NCBI GenBank assembly: GCA_051362555.1
Contig: CM120643.1
Span: 21,332,848 to 21,396,847, forward strand
From: Lingula anatina
Taxonomy: Eukaryota > Animalia > Brachiopoda
Length of the DNA stretch: 64,000 nucleotides
Direction of reading: 5' to 3'
Shown here one piece after another: positions 46,744 to 58,568 of this stretch. The notes under the pieces are model-generated. The model was not told the origin of the DNA, did no database searches, and saw only the letters and a program-made list of their open reading frames with translations. The position numbers and the translations under genes were made by a program. The stretch's first letter is position 1. Every line of letters begins with the position of its first letter.

Positions 46744-47621
46744 TTTTTCAATGGCATGAAACTGACCCAAATGCAATACATCCCAATTAACAGACGCGCA
46801 TTTTTTTGCCACAGGACTACCAATACATGACTTTTCATTTTATCACATGGTGTGAAGAAACCCATACATCCTTATCTTTGGCCACGGGCAATAAGACCCT
46901 TTTTTATGTATCCCTTTAATGAAGTCCTTTTTGTAAACGTCGAAAAGTCAGGTGCAGCCGTTGCAGCCAACTTAAAAAAAAAAAAAACCATAAATTACCA
47001 AAATACCCTTTCGACAATAATTATAGGAATCATAAATGGTCCCCTATGTGATCTATGTTTTGAAAGCGGGTATAACACAATGGATTGCAGTCAGCATACA
47101 GGGGAGAGTGTTCAACGTTATTTATTACACCTACTCTCGTGCTTGATTGTACATATGTAACACTGGACAACCTAGTATCATGGAAATAATATTTTTATTC
47201 ACTTTCAAGCTATTCATTTTACGGTAATACTAACAGGTTTTTCCATCATTTTTTATTAGTATTGTGCATAAAGTTATTTAAGGATATTGTCACCCTTCGC
47301 ACAAAACTCCTTATTTGCTGGCTTACATACATTCTTTTGGCTAATAAATAAATTTTCAGTGTTAACTGACTAAATTAATTAACATTTACACATATGTCAT
47401 CTTATGGGTTACGTCATTTTGCGATTTTGGGGTAAAATCGGAAAATCCAAATTTCTCTTAAAATTATCTGAGCATCCACGGTCACCGTTTTAACGCCCAT
47501 TTATTGACGCAATTTAGTGCTCCAAAATCCTGCCCGCGATTTTTCTTAAAAGTCTTAATTCAGGTTTTATCATTGATAAAGCAAAATAATGCCTTTGAAA
47601 AATGAAAGTCTGTAATTAGAT

Positions 47622-47794
47622 CGTAGATCGATCCAACTCTGTACGGATTCTCGCTGAATGCAATCAGCTTAACTGAATGGCACACCTCCTCTTGTTTCCA
47701 ACCTCGTATACTCACCAGCTCTTCTATACTCTACTCATCTACAGTAAAGCTGATTGTACTCAGCGAGAGTCTCCACAGATTTGGATAGATCCAC
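47622..47794. mobile_element. Degenerate foldback MITE, possibly related to family A
   Basis: GTAGATCGATCCAACTCTGT...CTCGCTGAATGCAATCAGCTT is inverted relative to AAGCTGATTGTACTCAGCGAG...ACAGATTTGGATAGATCCAC. Confidence 0.6.
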
Positions 47795-47846
47795 GTACAC
47801 TGTAGGTCAATGGTGTCTATGGAGATGGAAATGTCCACTTATGTGA

Positions 47847-50586
47847 AACAAGCTAATGAGTATTAATGAGGAACTCAATTTTGCGGCTATGTGCTATTAA
47901 CATCAAGGCAGCAAAGCTGTCAAATGTACAGACAAAAAGCAGGAAATAACAAAATAGGCTACTGTCAATTCTGATGCAAAAGTACATTATGTTAAACTGC
48001 AAATTCAACATCAAATTCTAATTATGCTCAACAGGTAATACCAATGTAAGTAAAATGTGTAACAAACATAAGGCTTCAGGCCCATGGGAGTTCAAGTTCA
48101 CCCTTTGAAAATGTAAAACTTCCAGAAAAAGAAGTCAATTAGACTGCTTTTCCAACTCAGGCTGCATTTTAGTCCTGTATTTCTTTTTTGAAAGTTTCGC
48201 AATCATAAGTAACATGGTTTTCCCATAATGGTCATCATGGCAGCAGTACCCAAAATTGTGTTTTCTTCTATTCTGATGCAATATTACATAATGGTTACCA
48301 GCATAATGACAATCAATTTTTAATAATAAAATATACGTATCATGGATTTTCAGAAAATGTGACAAGCATGGGTCTTCAAGCCTGTGGAACTTCAAAGTCA
48401 CACCTTGAAAATGCCAATATGTGAAAAATTAAATTTTCACAAAAAAACTGTTTAACTGGCAGATTGCATTGCCTACTGAAGCTATATTTTAGTCCCATGT
48501 TTCTTTCCTGTAAGTTTGAGAATAGTAAGTGACATGGTTTTTCTTAAATGGTCATCATGGGAGCACTGCCCAAAATAGGTTTTTTTCAAATTTTGATGCA
48601 ATATTACATAATGTTTAACAGCATAATGACCATCAATTTTTAATAATAAAATATTAGTATCATGGATATTCAGAAAATGTGACTAGCAAAGGTCTTCAGG
48701 CCCATGGAACTTCAAAGTCACAACTTGAAAATGCCAAAATGTAAACAAGACAGCACTGTTCTGAAATGCTTTTTTTTTCCATTTTTAACATTTTTTAACA
48801 TAAAACAAAATTAACAGTTTACTGCCATTTTTATATGATCAACTAAAAAAATTGATGAGACAGGAAAAATATCAAGAGAGCAGCGTTAAATGTCCAATTT
48901 CTTCCATTCTGAGATTCTGAACATAATGAATGACTGAATCTGACAATCTGCAATGATATGAGTTTATTTCCATTTTTGAAACTTTATTACACAATACACG
49001 ATAACAAATTAACCATCATTTTTACAAAATCAACTAACAATGTTGTAAAGATGCAGGAAATGTCAAACAAACACTTTTAATATCTTATTAATTAAATAAT
49101 GAAACTGTTAACATGCCTAAGAATTGAATCTGAGAAAATGTGAAAAAACAACATAACTTCTAAAATAATGGCCCGATTATGCTGATCTTTTAACTCAACC
49201 TGCGTTTTAGAAGGATTGACCACTCCTGTGAGTTTAATGACAATTGGCCTATCTGTTTTTCTTATATTGTGTTTACAGTGTTGCATATATGCTGAAAAGT
49301 GAAAAAAAAAAGCATAACTACTAAAATAGGGGCCTGATCATGCCGATTTTCTAACATGACCTGCGATTTAGTAAGATAGATTACTCCTGTGAGTTTCATG
49401 ACAACAGGCCTATCGGTTTTCCTTGGAATGTGTTTACAGTGTTGCATATATGCTGAAAAGTGAAAAATAAAGCAAAACTTCTACAATAATGACCCGATCA
49501 TGCTGATTTTCGAACTTGACCTGCGTTTTATGAATATTCATCAGCTCTGTAAATATAAAGCCAAAAAGGAAAGCTGCCTTCCACTTATCGTGTTTACAAT
49601 GAAAGTGCACGGCGCCGGCGACGGCGATGACAGGGACGACAGACGCGGGCGATGGCAATATGTACAGACACATCTATATATATTTACTGTACTGTTTGAG
49701 AACAGTAAGTGACATGGTTTTTCTTAAATGGTCATCATGGGAGCACTGCCCAAAATAGGTTTTTTTCAAATTTTGATGCAATATTACATAATGTTTAACA
49801 GCATAATAACCATCAATTTTTAATAATAAAATATTAGTATCATGGATATTCAGAAAATGTGACTAGCAAAGGTCTTCAGGCCCATGGAACTTCAAAGTCA
49901 CAACTTGAAAATGCCAAAATGTAAACAAGACAGCACTGTTCTGAAATGTTTTTTTTTCTCCATTTTTAACATTTTTTAACATAGAACAAAATTAACAGTT
50001 TACTGCCATTTTTATATGATCAACTAAGAAAATTGATGAGATGGGAAAAATATCAAGAGAGCAGTGTTAAATGTCCAATTTCTTCCATTCTGAGATTCTG
50101 AACATAGTAAATGATTGAATCTGACAAACTGCAATGATATGAGTTTATTTCCATTTTTGAAACTTTATTACACAATACACGATAACAAGTTTACCATCAT
50201 TTTTACCAAATCAACTAACAATGTTGTAAAGATGCAGGACATGTCAAACGAAAACTTTACGTATCTTATTAGTTTAATAATGAGACTGTTAACATGCCTA
50301 AGAATTAAATCTGAGGAAATGTGAAAAATATGCTGAAAAGTGAAAAAACAGCATAACTTCTACAATAATGGCCCGATCATGCTGATTTTCGTACTTGACC
50401 TGCGTTTTATGAATATTCATCAGCTCTGTAAATATAAAGCCAAAAAGTAAAACTGCCCTCCACTTATCGTGTTTACAAGGAAAGTGCACGGCGCCGGCAT
50501 CGGCATCGCCATCGCCATCGCCATCGGCGACGACAGACGCAGGTGATGGCAACATGTACAGACACATCTGTGTCTGTACATAAAAA
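47847..50586 (+). mobile_element. Second Helentron/HINE-like element with internal tandem repeats and an internal duplication at ~1.18-kb offset; 5' end uncertain
   Basis: ~320-bp and ~170-bp internal repeats; 48510-49676 is repeated at 49692-50569; GGCGAC/GCCATC-type tract before a perfect terminal hairpin ATGTACAGACAC-ATCT-GTGTCTGTACAT (50554-50581) followed by an A-run. Confidence 0.6.
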
Positions 50587-51299
50587 AGGAAAAATCATTA
50601 ACAGAAACTAGCCTTCGAGTCAGAAATTTCTATTCTTTAACAATTTCAAGTGAAATTCAACAGTCTCTGTTACCAGTAATTAAAAAGTTAAAATTGAAAC
50701 ACAGTAACATTGCCATCGGCAATTGCAATGCATATATTTGCGACAGGGGAAAACTGTTGAAATTCGAAGGAAAGGTACATGTAGGCCTATATATTTTGCT
50801 ATACAATTATAAAGATAAAAGTCCAACCATCGTCTAGAACGCTCATTTCTTTCACATAATAATTATTCTGTTTGGTCATGGGTTATTTCCACATCGACCC
50901 AAATTGAGTTATCGGGCTTGCCTCTCCAGACTTGCTTTTGGGCAGTGCAGTGCTTGGGCTAGAATCAGACTTTAAAAATAACCCACACGAACCCATATAT
51001 GTATCCCGTATCCAAGCTCATAAAAAGAAAACTCCGGCAAAATAAAGTTAAGAAGTTCATAAGCCTTTGTCCCTATGGGTTGAAGTGAGTCCACGCATGG
51101 GTGTTCTTGCTTAGAAGTCTGAAACTCGCAAGGATCTTTTGGAGGTCAAATTATGCCGCAGCTTTACTGTCAGGGGCAAAAAAGCTCTCATAGCTCTTAG
51201 CCCCTTTTACACATTACATTGTTTTTAATTCTTGAAGGAAAACGCATGCACAATTATATTGAAACAATGAAAATGTTTAATGATAATTTTACGTGCATA

Positions 51300-54273
51300 C
51301 TAGTCCTCTTTCTTGCAAACTTCTACCTCCAAAAGGTACAGATTACGGTGAGTAGTTGGCGACATGACTCGACAGATCTTATACGTGGCCTCCACAGCGA
51401 GCATGCGCATTACTTCTGGCAACATTCGCTCCAGAAAAATCATATCGGTCGTGCGCAACTTCTTGTAGATAAGATCATTGTATTTTGAGATGTGGGTATA
51501 GGTGTCGGTCATAGTGGCGATGAGCATATTCATGAGGAGAATATTTACAAGCACCACATACGTTATCAGTAACGCTGGCAAAGTTATAACCGGGAAGTTA
51601 CTAGCAGAGGTGCCTTTGAAGATATTCCCTGGTATTATCTGAATTTCTGAAAGGCCCACCATCAGTCTAAACAAAGTCCACATGGTGGTGCCAAAACCAT
51701 CAAACTCGGCTATTTCATCAGACACAATCGCTGAAGAGGTCAAGGAAGCGAAATGATTAACCCTAGCTACACCTATAGCAGAGGAAAACCCGCCGTCAGG
51801 ATCAGATATATGATAAGAAATCGAAGCAAATCGCCGAGCATGATGCGCTGAATCATAGCAGAGAAGAAACTGGTCTGTCTGAAGCCGCGTGTGAAGAAAA
51901 TTAGGAACACCCATCCAAGAAGAAGAGCTAAAGGTTGAAACGACTTCACGGCATCGGTCAGGAATGACAGCATAGAAACGGAAAACAGAAGAAGAATGAC
52001 GTGGAGTTTATTCCAGCTGAGGAACTTCCACATATTCAATATGGCGTTGTCTCTGTGTCCTCCTAACTCCCTGGGGAGTCTCGCTAAATTAGATGCAAAA
52101 TACCCCATGTTATGTAGTACATCCTGTAGTTGTGCCATTTGATATGCAGCAAATGGTTAATTACCGGAATACTAAGGCATTCTATGCGTTCTTCGTTATT
52201 GGTGTACACAAGTAGTTCCAGCGCAGACATTCGAGACGTACTGAGAACTGGATCAATTTCAGTAACATCGTAAAATGCTGTGGTTGTATGGCCATATTCC
52301 CACTGTGAAAACCTGAAAATAAATCAATTTTTTTTTGTCACAACTAGGTCCTCATGTAAAAGATGAACACTACAGTTGAAATAAACATTCTGAAAAAAGT
52401 TTTTTTCAATAATATATTCAACCTTTTAGCCGTGTTGCAGAGCACAGATGTCTGACTGAATTTGCATTTGTAACAGAGCTATCTGCCAAATAGTGTCTAT
52501 AAACATTTACAAATTGGCTATGCGAAAATGAATTTATGTACTTACCTGTACCTGTATATGTTGTTTGTGTTGAGAATTTTCTCAAACATTTCCTTGACAC
52601 CGACCTTGGCTGCCAAAGTCAAGGCAGTGAATTCTTCTCTATTTGCCAAACGGAACAGGTAATGCTTCGCTTCAATGTCTGTGGCGACACTATTCGCCCT
52701 GGTCATATCCACGCCTTTGCTTCTACACCACCAGCGTGTGGTATTGTTCAGGATTACTTCGTACATCTCCAATGCTTCTTGGAGTTTGTGCTGCGACATT
52801 AGGACGATGGTGTGTAGAACGGTGTTGTCTTGCGAATCTCTGCCATCTAGTGGAGCTCCTTTTTCTATGAGAAGCTGAACCAGTTGAGCATTGCCTGACA
52901 GCACAGCAAGTGACAAGGGAAGTTCGGCGGGAACCAAAGTCCTCTTGAACTGCTCCCCGGTAGCACATTTACGAAGAAGTTTCAGAATGTCGGCATCAGC
53001 CAGATGGTAGAACATGGCTTCCATTGCTTTGAAGTTTCCGTTCGCCGTGGCGATGTGCAACGCGGTGGCTCCTGTGTAACTACCCTCCATCTCCTTAAAG
53101 AGCAAAGCCTTTCCCAAACGCTCAATCAAGATTATAGCCACTTCGGTGCTGTTGTGAAGGAGTGCTATGTGAAGAGGGGTGAGGCCCTTCCGGTACCAAC
53201 TTCTGTTGGCATCAAGAAAGAAATTTAACGCTTCGTCACAGACTATTTGTAGACGGTTGGTATAATTCTTGGTGCACAATTCCAGGATTTCCTTCTCTAA
53301 CCTCGTAACGGCTCTGGGGTCCGTCTTTGAGTGGAAGCGTTCCATTTCCCACTGAATACGGAGGCGATAGTTCATCTCCTCGCCTGTACCAAGAGAGACA
53401 TCGGCAGACGGCCACAACTTGGTGAACTCAATCAATATGGACTCTGTATTGTACTCGCCTTCTCCTTCTAAAGAGACGCAGAACTTGCACTTGGGTGTGA
53501 TGTGCTTGGCGGCCGACTTGATGCCGAAGATTCTGGCGAAACAATAGCAACTGCAGTTCTGCCAAAGATCCACGCAGCAGCACGGTGTGTTTATAATCAC
53601 CGAGGGAATATTTCGGACCACCTGGGTAAAGATTTTTTTGTACTCTAAATATACTTTTAAAATTGCATTTCGAACATATTTCAATTTTATTGCATGATAA
53701 CTGAAATACGTTATCAAAGGTTTATGTAACTGCAAGAACGTCTTAATCTTGATCACATCCATTTTCATAAAACCACGTTTACCCTGGGGTGTCAGTCTTC
53801 ATCAATTTATTGTGTCTTTTCCACAAAATTCAACAGTTAAGTATTTTTTTATCGCATAAGTTATTCACAAAAACATAGTTTACGATCAATTCCGTTTATA
53901 GTACTTTTTAATCATTCAAACATGACTTACCCCTAGACAGCAAGTGTTTGTGCAGCGTCCGTCAACAAGATCCCGTGTGGCAGCATAACTATAAAACTCC
54001 TCACCAACGTTCCGCGTTTCTTTAATTGATGTGGGTACTTCTAGGTTCCTTATTGACCTTCTGGCTGTGTTCTTTTTTCTTCGAAAACTCCGGAGAACCC
54101 CCTGCATTACCGATGGCAACGTCCAATAGGCCTGAAGTCTTCGGCGTGGAAGTCGTCGCTGTCGGTTGCGGGCCAGATTGCCCAGCGCCCCTGGCGGCGC
54201 GTGGATGGTGTGGAGTTCGAGATCGGGTGAGCTGTGCCCTGGGGAAAGAATGGTGGAACATATGATTTTTAAT
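51300..54273 (-). pseudogene. Disrupted TRPV-like channel, copy A
   Basis: Exons 53931-54273, 52546-53621 and 51300-52312 parallel copy B. A 224-bp deletion with a 25-bp insertion at 52060-52084 gives an in-frame TAG (52085-52083) in S1; there is also a 1-nt deletion at ~51790. Confidence 0.85.
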
Positions 54274-54872
54274 CTAACCAACACACAAACTTGTGAAGCT
54301 ATAAAAGATTAAAATATATAAAATGATACTTTATTGCACAGTGCCATCCTCCTCTTCCTCCTTCTCCTAGATCAAATATCTATGACCCGTCTGGTAATGT
54401 TATGCCAGTTTTGTATATGCTAGTTATGTATATGTATAGGGCCTACATAAGCAATTTAGATACACGTTCAAAGGGCTGGTTCGGGTATCTTGTTCAGGTG
54501 CTGATGCTATGCAGTAAAATACGAAATGTATAATTTTACTTATTAACTGCAATATACGGATGGACATCTATCCTCCCCTGAAATAGGTGAACGGTCACCG
54601 TTAATCTGTCTGTGCATTCGTCAGTGAAAGCGGGTAAACAAAAAAGGTATGGAAGTAAGGTAGGAAATCGAGCTCTGAAGTGAAAATTTGAGTCTTGAAA
54701 TTAGTTTTACATAGACCTTTAGTATTCAGAGTCTTCAGTCAATTTCAGTAACGCTAATTAAAAACATACAAAGAGCTAGCTACCTAGCAGTGCCTTTAAA
54801 TGTACTGTTCTAGGTGGTTCTCATTAACTACAATAATACACACAGTTTAAGTTATTAATATTTAACTAAAGA

Positions 54873-54873
<1 letters not shown>

Positions 54874-54925
<52 letters not shown>
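54874..54925. repeat. (AAT)n microsatellite, shorter in copy B at ~62361
   Basis: Trinucleotide run. Confidence 0.9.
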
Positions 54926-54934
<9 letters not shown>

Positions 54935-55826
54935 TAATAATAAATGAATGTGAACACACAGACCTTTTCTGGTAATCTCCATAGTCTCTAGCCAGAATTA
55001 AACTTTTGAGGTTTTCAAGAACAAAAAAATATGGTTGCGCCGGGAGACACTGCACATCTGATCCAAGGAAGTACAAATGTCCCATTCCTTGATAAGCAGA
55101 AGAGTAATGAATTTTTCGTTTTTTTCTTCATGTGATATGTGGACATTAGGAAAAGCCAAAACAAGTTTATTTTCTTGCCCCTATTATGTTGTGAATTACG
55201 AAATTAAAATTATTAAAAAACAGTGGTATATAACATCATAACATCCTGAAAGGCAGTTGGCCATTCGAGGTACTGTTTATTCGCCATATGGTTCTAATTC
55301 ATAGCTAGAAAAACTGATTACTGACAACATGACGCATTTCACTATTTCTCGAAACCATACGAAGTCTTTTATCATTGCTACCGCCGTAATTAATTAAAAG
55401 AAGTCAGGATATCAAAGTCCACGTCCCAAAGATGAAGCATGTAGAGGAAAGGTGGAAAAGTCTTCTTCAAGACTTCATTAAAACGAGCACATATGGTTTA
55501 AGCGGTAGTAGTTCAACTGTCAAGAAAAAACTGATGATAGCATATCAAACCATCTGCGCGGTAACCTAAACTACGATGTTCTCTTGTCGTGCTGTGAAAT
55601 TTCTAATGCAAAACTATATCCGTAGAATCCGATGAAAAATGCGCCAAACGTACCTCCAAATAAACATGCCTATGATTATCTTTTATTTTTTTAGGAGTGT
55701 GCGTCATTAAAGATCCAGAGCCACCGTTAAGTGTTATCACCCTGTGTTACTTTCATACTTATAAATGTGATCCCCCCTCTTCTCAGCATATACGTTGGAG
55801 TCGCTTGTCAGAGGTAAATTAACATA

Positions 55827-56301
55827 GACTGGTTTCCCATACTTATAGAGTGCATTCCCATAGATTTTTAGATCGATCTATCCCCGTGTGGAGTCTCACT
55901 AGATTGTTGTCAGCCTGACCAGCTTAAATGTCTGTGCCGCTTACTAAAAGCTGTAAGGGGGTAATTAACATTTGTGCGCGCTCGGCTCTCGGAACCTGAC
56001 AGCAATTTAGCCTGAACACCCAATGAGTTAGGTCGATCCGGATAGGTCCGTCTAAATCTATTGGAACCCAGTCATAGATTGTTCCATCTGGATCGACCTA
56101 ACTCCCTGGGGAGTCTCGCTAAATTATTATCAAATAACCGGCTTATATGTCTGTCACGCCTACCGAATCACCTAGGGGTTAAAGATAATTCCCCCCTAAC
56201 AGCTTTACTAGGCGTGACAGACATTTAAGCCGGTCAAGTTGACAGCAATTTAGTGAGACTCCCAGGGAGATAGATCGATCCAAATAGCTGTGGGAATGAT
56301 C
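55827..56301. mobile_element. Nested pair of family-A MITEs (inner copy 55848-56073)
   Basis: The outer TIR GACTGGTTTCCCATA is interrupted by a full inner copy and resumes at 56074; the whole block is absent from the paralogous site at 63906/63907. Confidence 0.85.
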
Positions 56302-56914
56302 TGATACTCGGGGTGATTATCGTACACGTAGAACGAAAATTTACTAATTACTTTTTGGAGTAAACAGGTTGGCTGCTACATTGTATATGTACACGTTCCC
56401 CGGTGTTTATACGGAACGGTAATTAGTAAGGCTGGTACAAGACACTGACATCAGGCAATTCAAATGCTGAAATGCACCTAGAAGAAAGGGGATGAAAGGT
56501 ACCGGCGTCTCTGGTTTGGTATTTGGTTTTCTTGAGTATGTAATATCGCCGAGGGGTAAACGCTACTGAATACATCACTTCGCTTATCTAGAAGGACTGC
56601 AGTATGGGGGGATTCTGTAATAATATCTGTGGTACTGAATTATTCTTGTCTTCCACGTCTTCAGAGGTTGCAAGAGAAAAATGTATCCATTGCAGCAACG
56701 GAAAGAAAATCCCACAGGTAAAAAATAAAAATAATCAATATTATGAAAAATGTAAACATTTTGCAAGGCAATAATTTATACTGTATTAATTGACAAGCAC
56801 AGATTTTGAAAATTAGTTGCGGTCTTTCAAAAGCCGCATTTGGATATTTAAGGCACTCAAGTTCATGGGAGTGTATTATTTGTTGATGTTGGATGAAAAT
56901 ATCCCGCACACGTG

Positions 56915-57052
56915 AACCATGTGGACCTATTGCAAAGTCACGAGTTCGAATCCCGGATGAGGCACGTCAGTCCATCACGACAACGACCGGGACCCTGAAT
57001 CGGGATGTCACGAGGACGAATCTGGGCTCTCGTGGGTCCTAGCAAATTACCT
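56915..57052 (+). repeat. Possible tRNA-derived SINE remnant
   Basis: B-box-like GAGTTCGAATCCC at ~56942-56954; no cloverleaf. Confidence 0.3.
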
Positions 57053-58568
57053 TTTGCATAAAAACACTGTATACTTTAGAAAGTTTACATTAGGGGGAAC
57101 ATATTGCTGGTCATTAGAATAAAGTCTGCTTCGTCGATAATATTTCCTTTCTCTTCAGTTAAAAGTACTTAGATTAGTGCCACAGATTTTGTACTTAAAT
57201 TGAGCAAAATCTAACACCGTATGTACTGTATTTCATCAAAATGTGCTTTCTTCTCGGTAGGATTATCAGAGAGAAAATTTGTATTGTTTAACAAAAGTCG
57301 CGTCGCCTCTATTGCTTTTAACAAGCACACATTTTGTCTTTTCATGACCCTCCTTTCCTTTCTTGCACCATTGCTTCTCAAGGCTGTTCATATGTTTATA
57401 CAGTACCCGGGGCAAGTCCGCAGTTGACATTTGAAAGAGTAAAGACTGCTCAATACTAAAACCGCCCAGGTGTGAACAGCAGTGGACCTCATCGTGCTGT
57501 ATATCGTCAAAGGTGAAAGCAAACGTTATCTCGGTGCAAAACAAAATAAAAATAAAAGCATCTGAAGTCATCAAACTAAATATATTTTATTCAAAATTCC
57601 CATTGCTGCAATTGCTTATATGGCAATCGCACCAGTAACTACACATTTGAATGTTTTTTCCCTCTCTTCTTAGGGTCTCGCTAAAATTAAAATACGCCTC
57701 TTTAATATCATGGGTAAAGCCAAAATTAATCTTAGTATAAAACAAACTCCCAGTTCCGTGTCGGGTTCTCAAACACACATGACTTCCTGAACATCATGAA
57801 ATTTACCGTTCATGATAAACCGTGGTCGGCGACTGGGGTTGCGTGGGATGATCTACAAATGCGGCACCCGGATTATCGATCGGGAAAGCAGATATACACA
57901 TGTACATCCAACCTGGCCCTGTCCGTGGCAAGGTTGAAAGTTTCCATCCGATCTTTGCATATTGACGAAGCTGGCGTGGCTCCCTGGTAATTTTGCTGTC
58001 TCCTATACAAACAGACGCTGGTACGCTGGTTCGAGACCCAGCAGATATAGTAATTTTTTTCCAGAATTAAATCTTTAAAATTCCCATTGGTTACTATAAG
58101 AGGAAACTCGTACGTAAGGAGGGTGGGCGGCTCTGTCACGGCGCAGTCAGTAGCGTGTTTGGATGCGGTTTGCCTCTCTAGACTTGTTTTGGGGCAATGT
58201 AGTGCTTGGGCTCGAATCAGACTTTAAAATAATTCACGCGGAACCCATATATATCCCGTATCCAAGCTCACAAAAAGGAAACCTCGGCAAAATAAGTTAC
58301 GAAGTTAATAAGCCTTTGCCCATATGGGATGAAGTGAGTCCACGCATGGTGGTGGCATGGATTCTGGTTTAGAAGTCTGAAACTCGCAGGGATCTTTTGG
58401 AGGTCATATTGTGGCACAGCTTTACTGTCACAGGCAAAAAATGTTCTAATGGCTCTTAGCCCCTTTCACACATTAGGGCCTACATTGTTTTTAATTCTTG
58501 AAGGAAAACACATGCACATTTGTATTGAAACAATGAATGAATGTTTAAAGATCATTTCAACGTGCATA

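Noticed and set aside
46581-47160. Plus-strand YY1 motif and a 102-aa ORF suggesting a gene divergent from PRMT7
   Set aside because: No coherent exons or homology; the motif can serve the PRMT7 promoter
49092-50567. Repeated short ORFs (MQHCKH..., MCLY...)
   Set aside because: By-products of the internal tandem repeats of a non-autonomous element
54184-54200. CTCF-like GC motif in the TRPV exon (also ~61666)
   Set aside because: One G short of the core spacing and inside coding sequence; the similar motif at ~41290 in a PRMT7 exon is also explained by codons
57221-58139. ORFs of 63-102 aa between the TRPV copies
   Set aside because: No recognisable motifs or coherent exon chain
56930-58165. 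tRNA-like boxes (GAGTTCGAATCCC ~56942, GGTTCGAGACC ~58028, GGCGCAGTCAGTAGCG ~58141)
   Set aside because: Scattered A/B-box fragments with no cloverleaf; at most SINE debris
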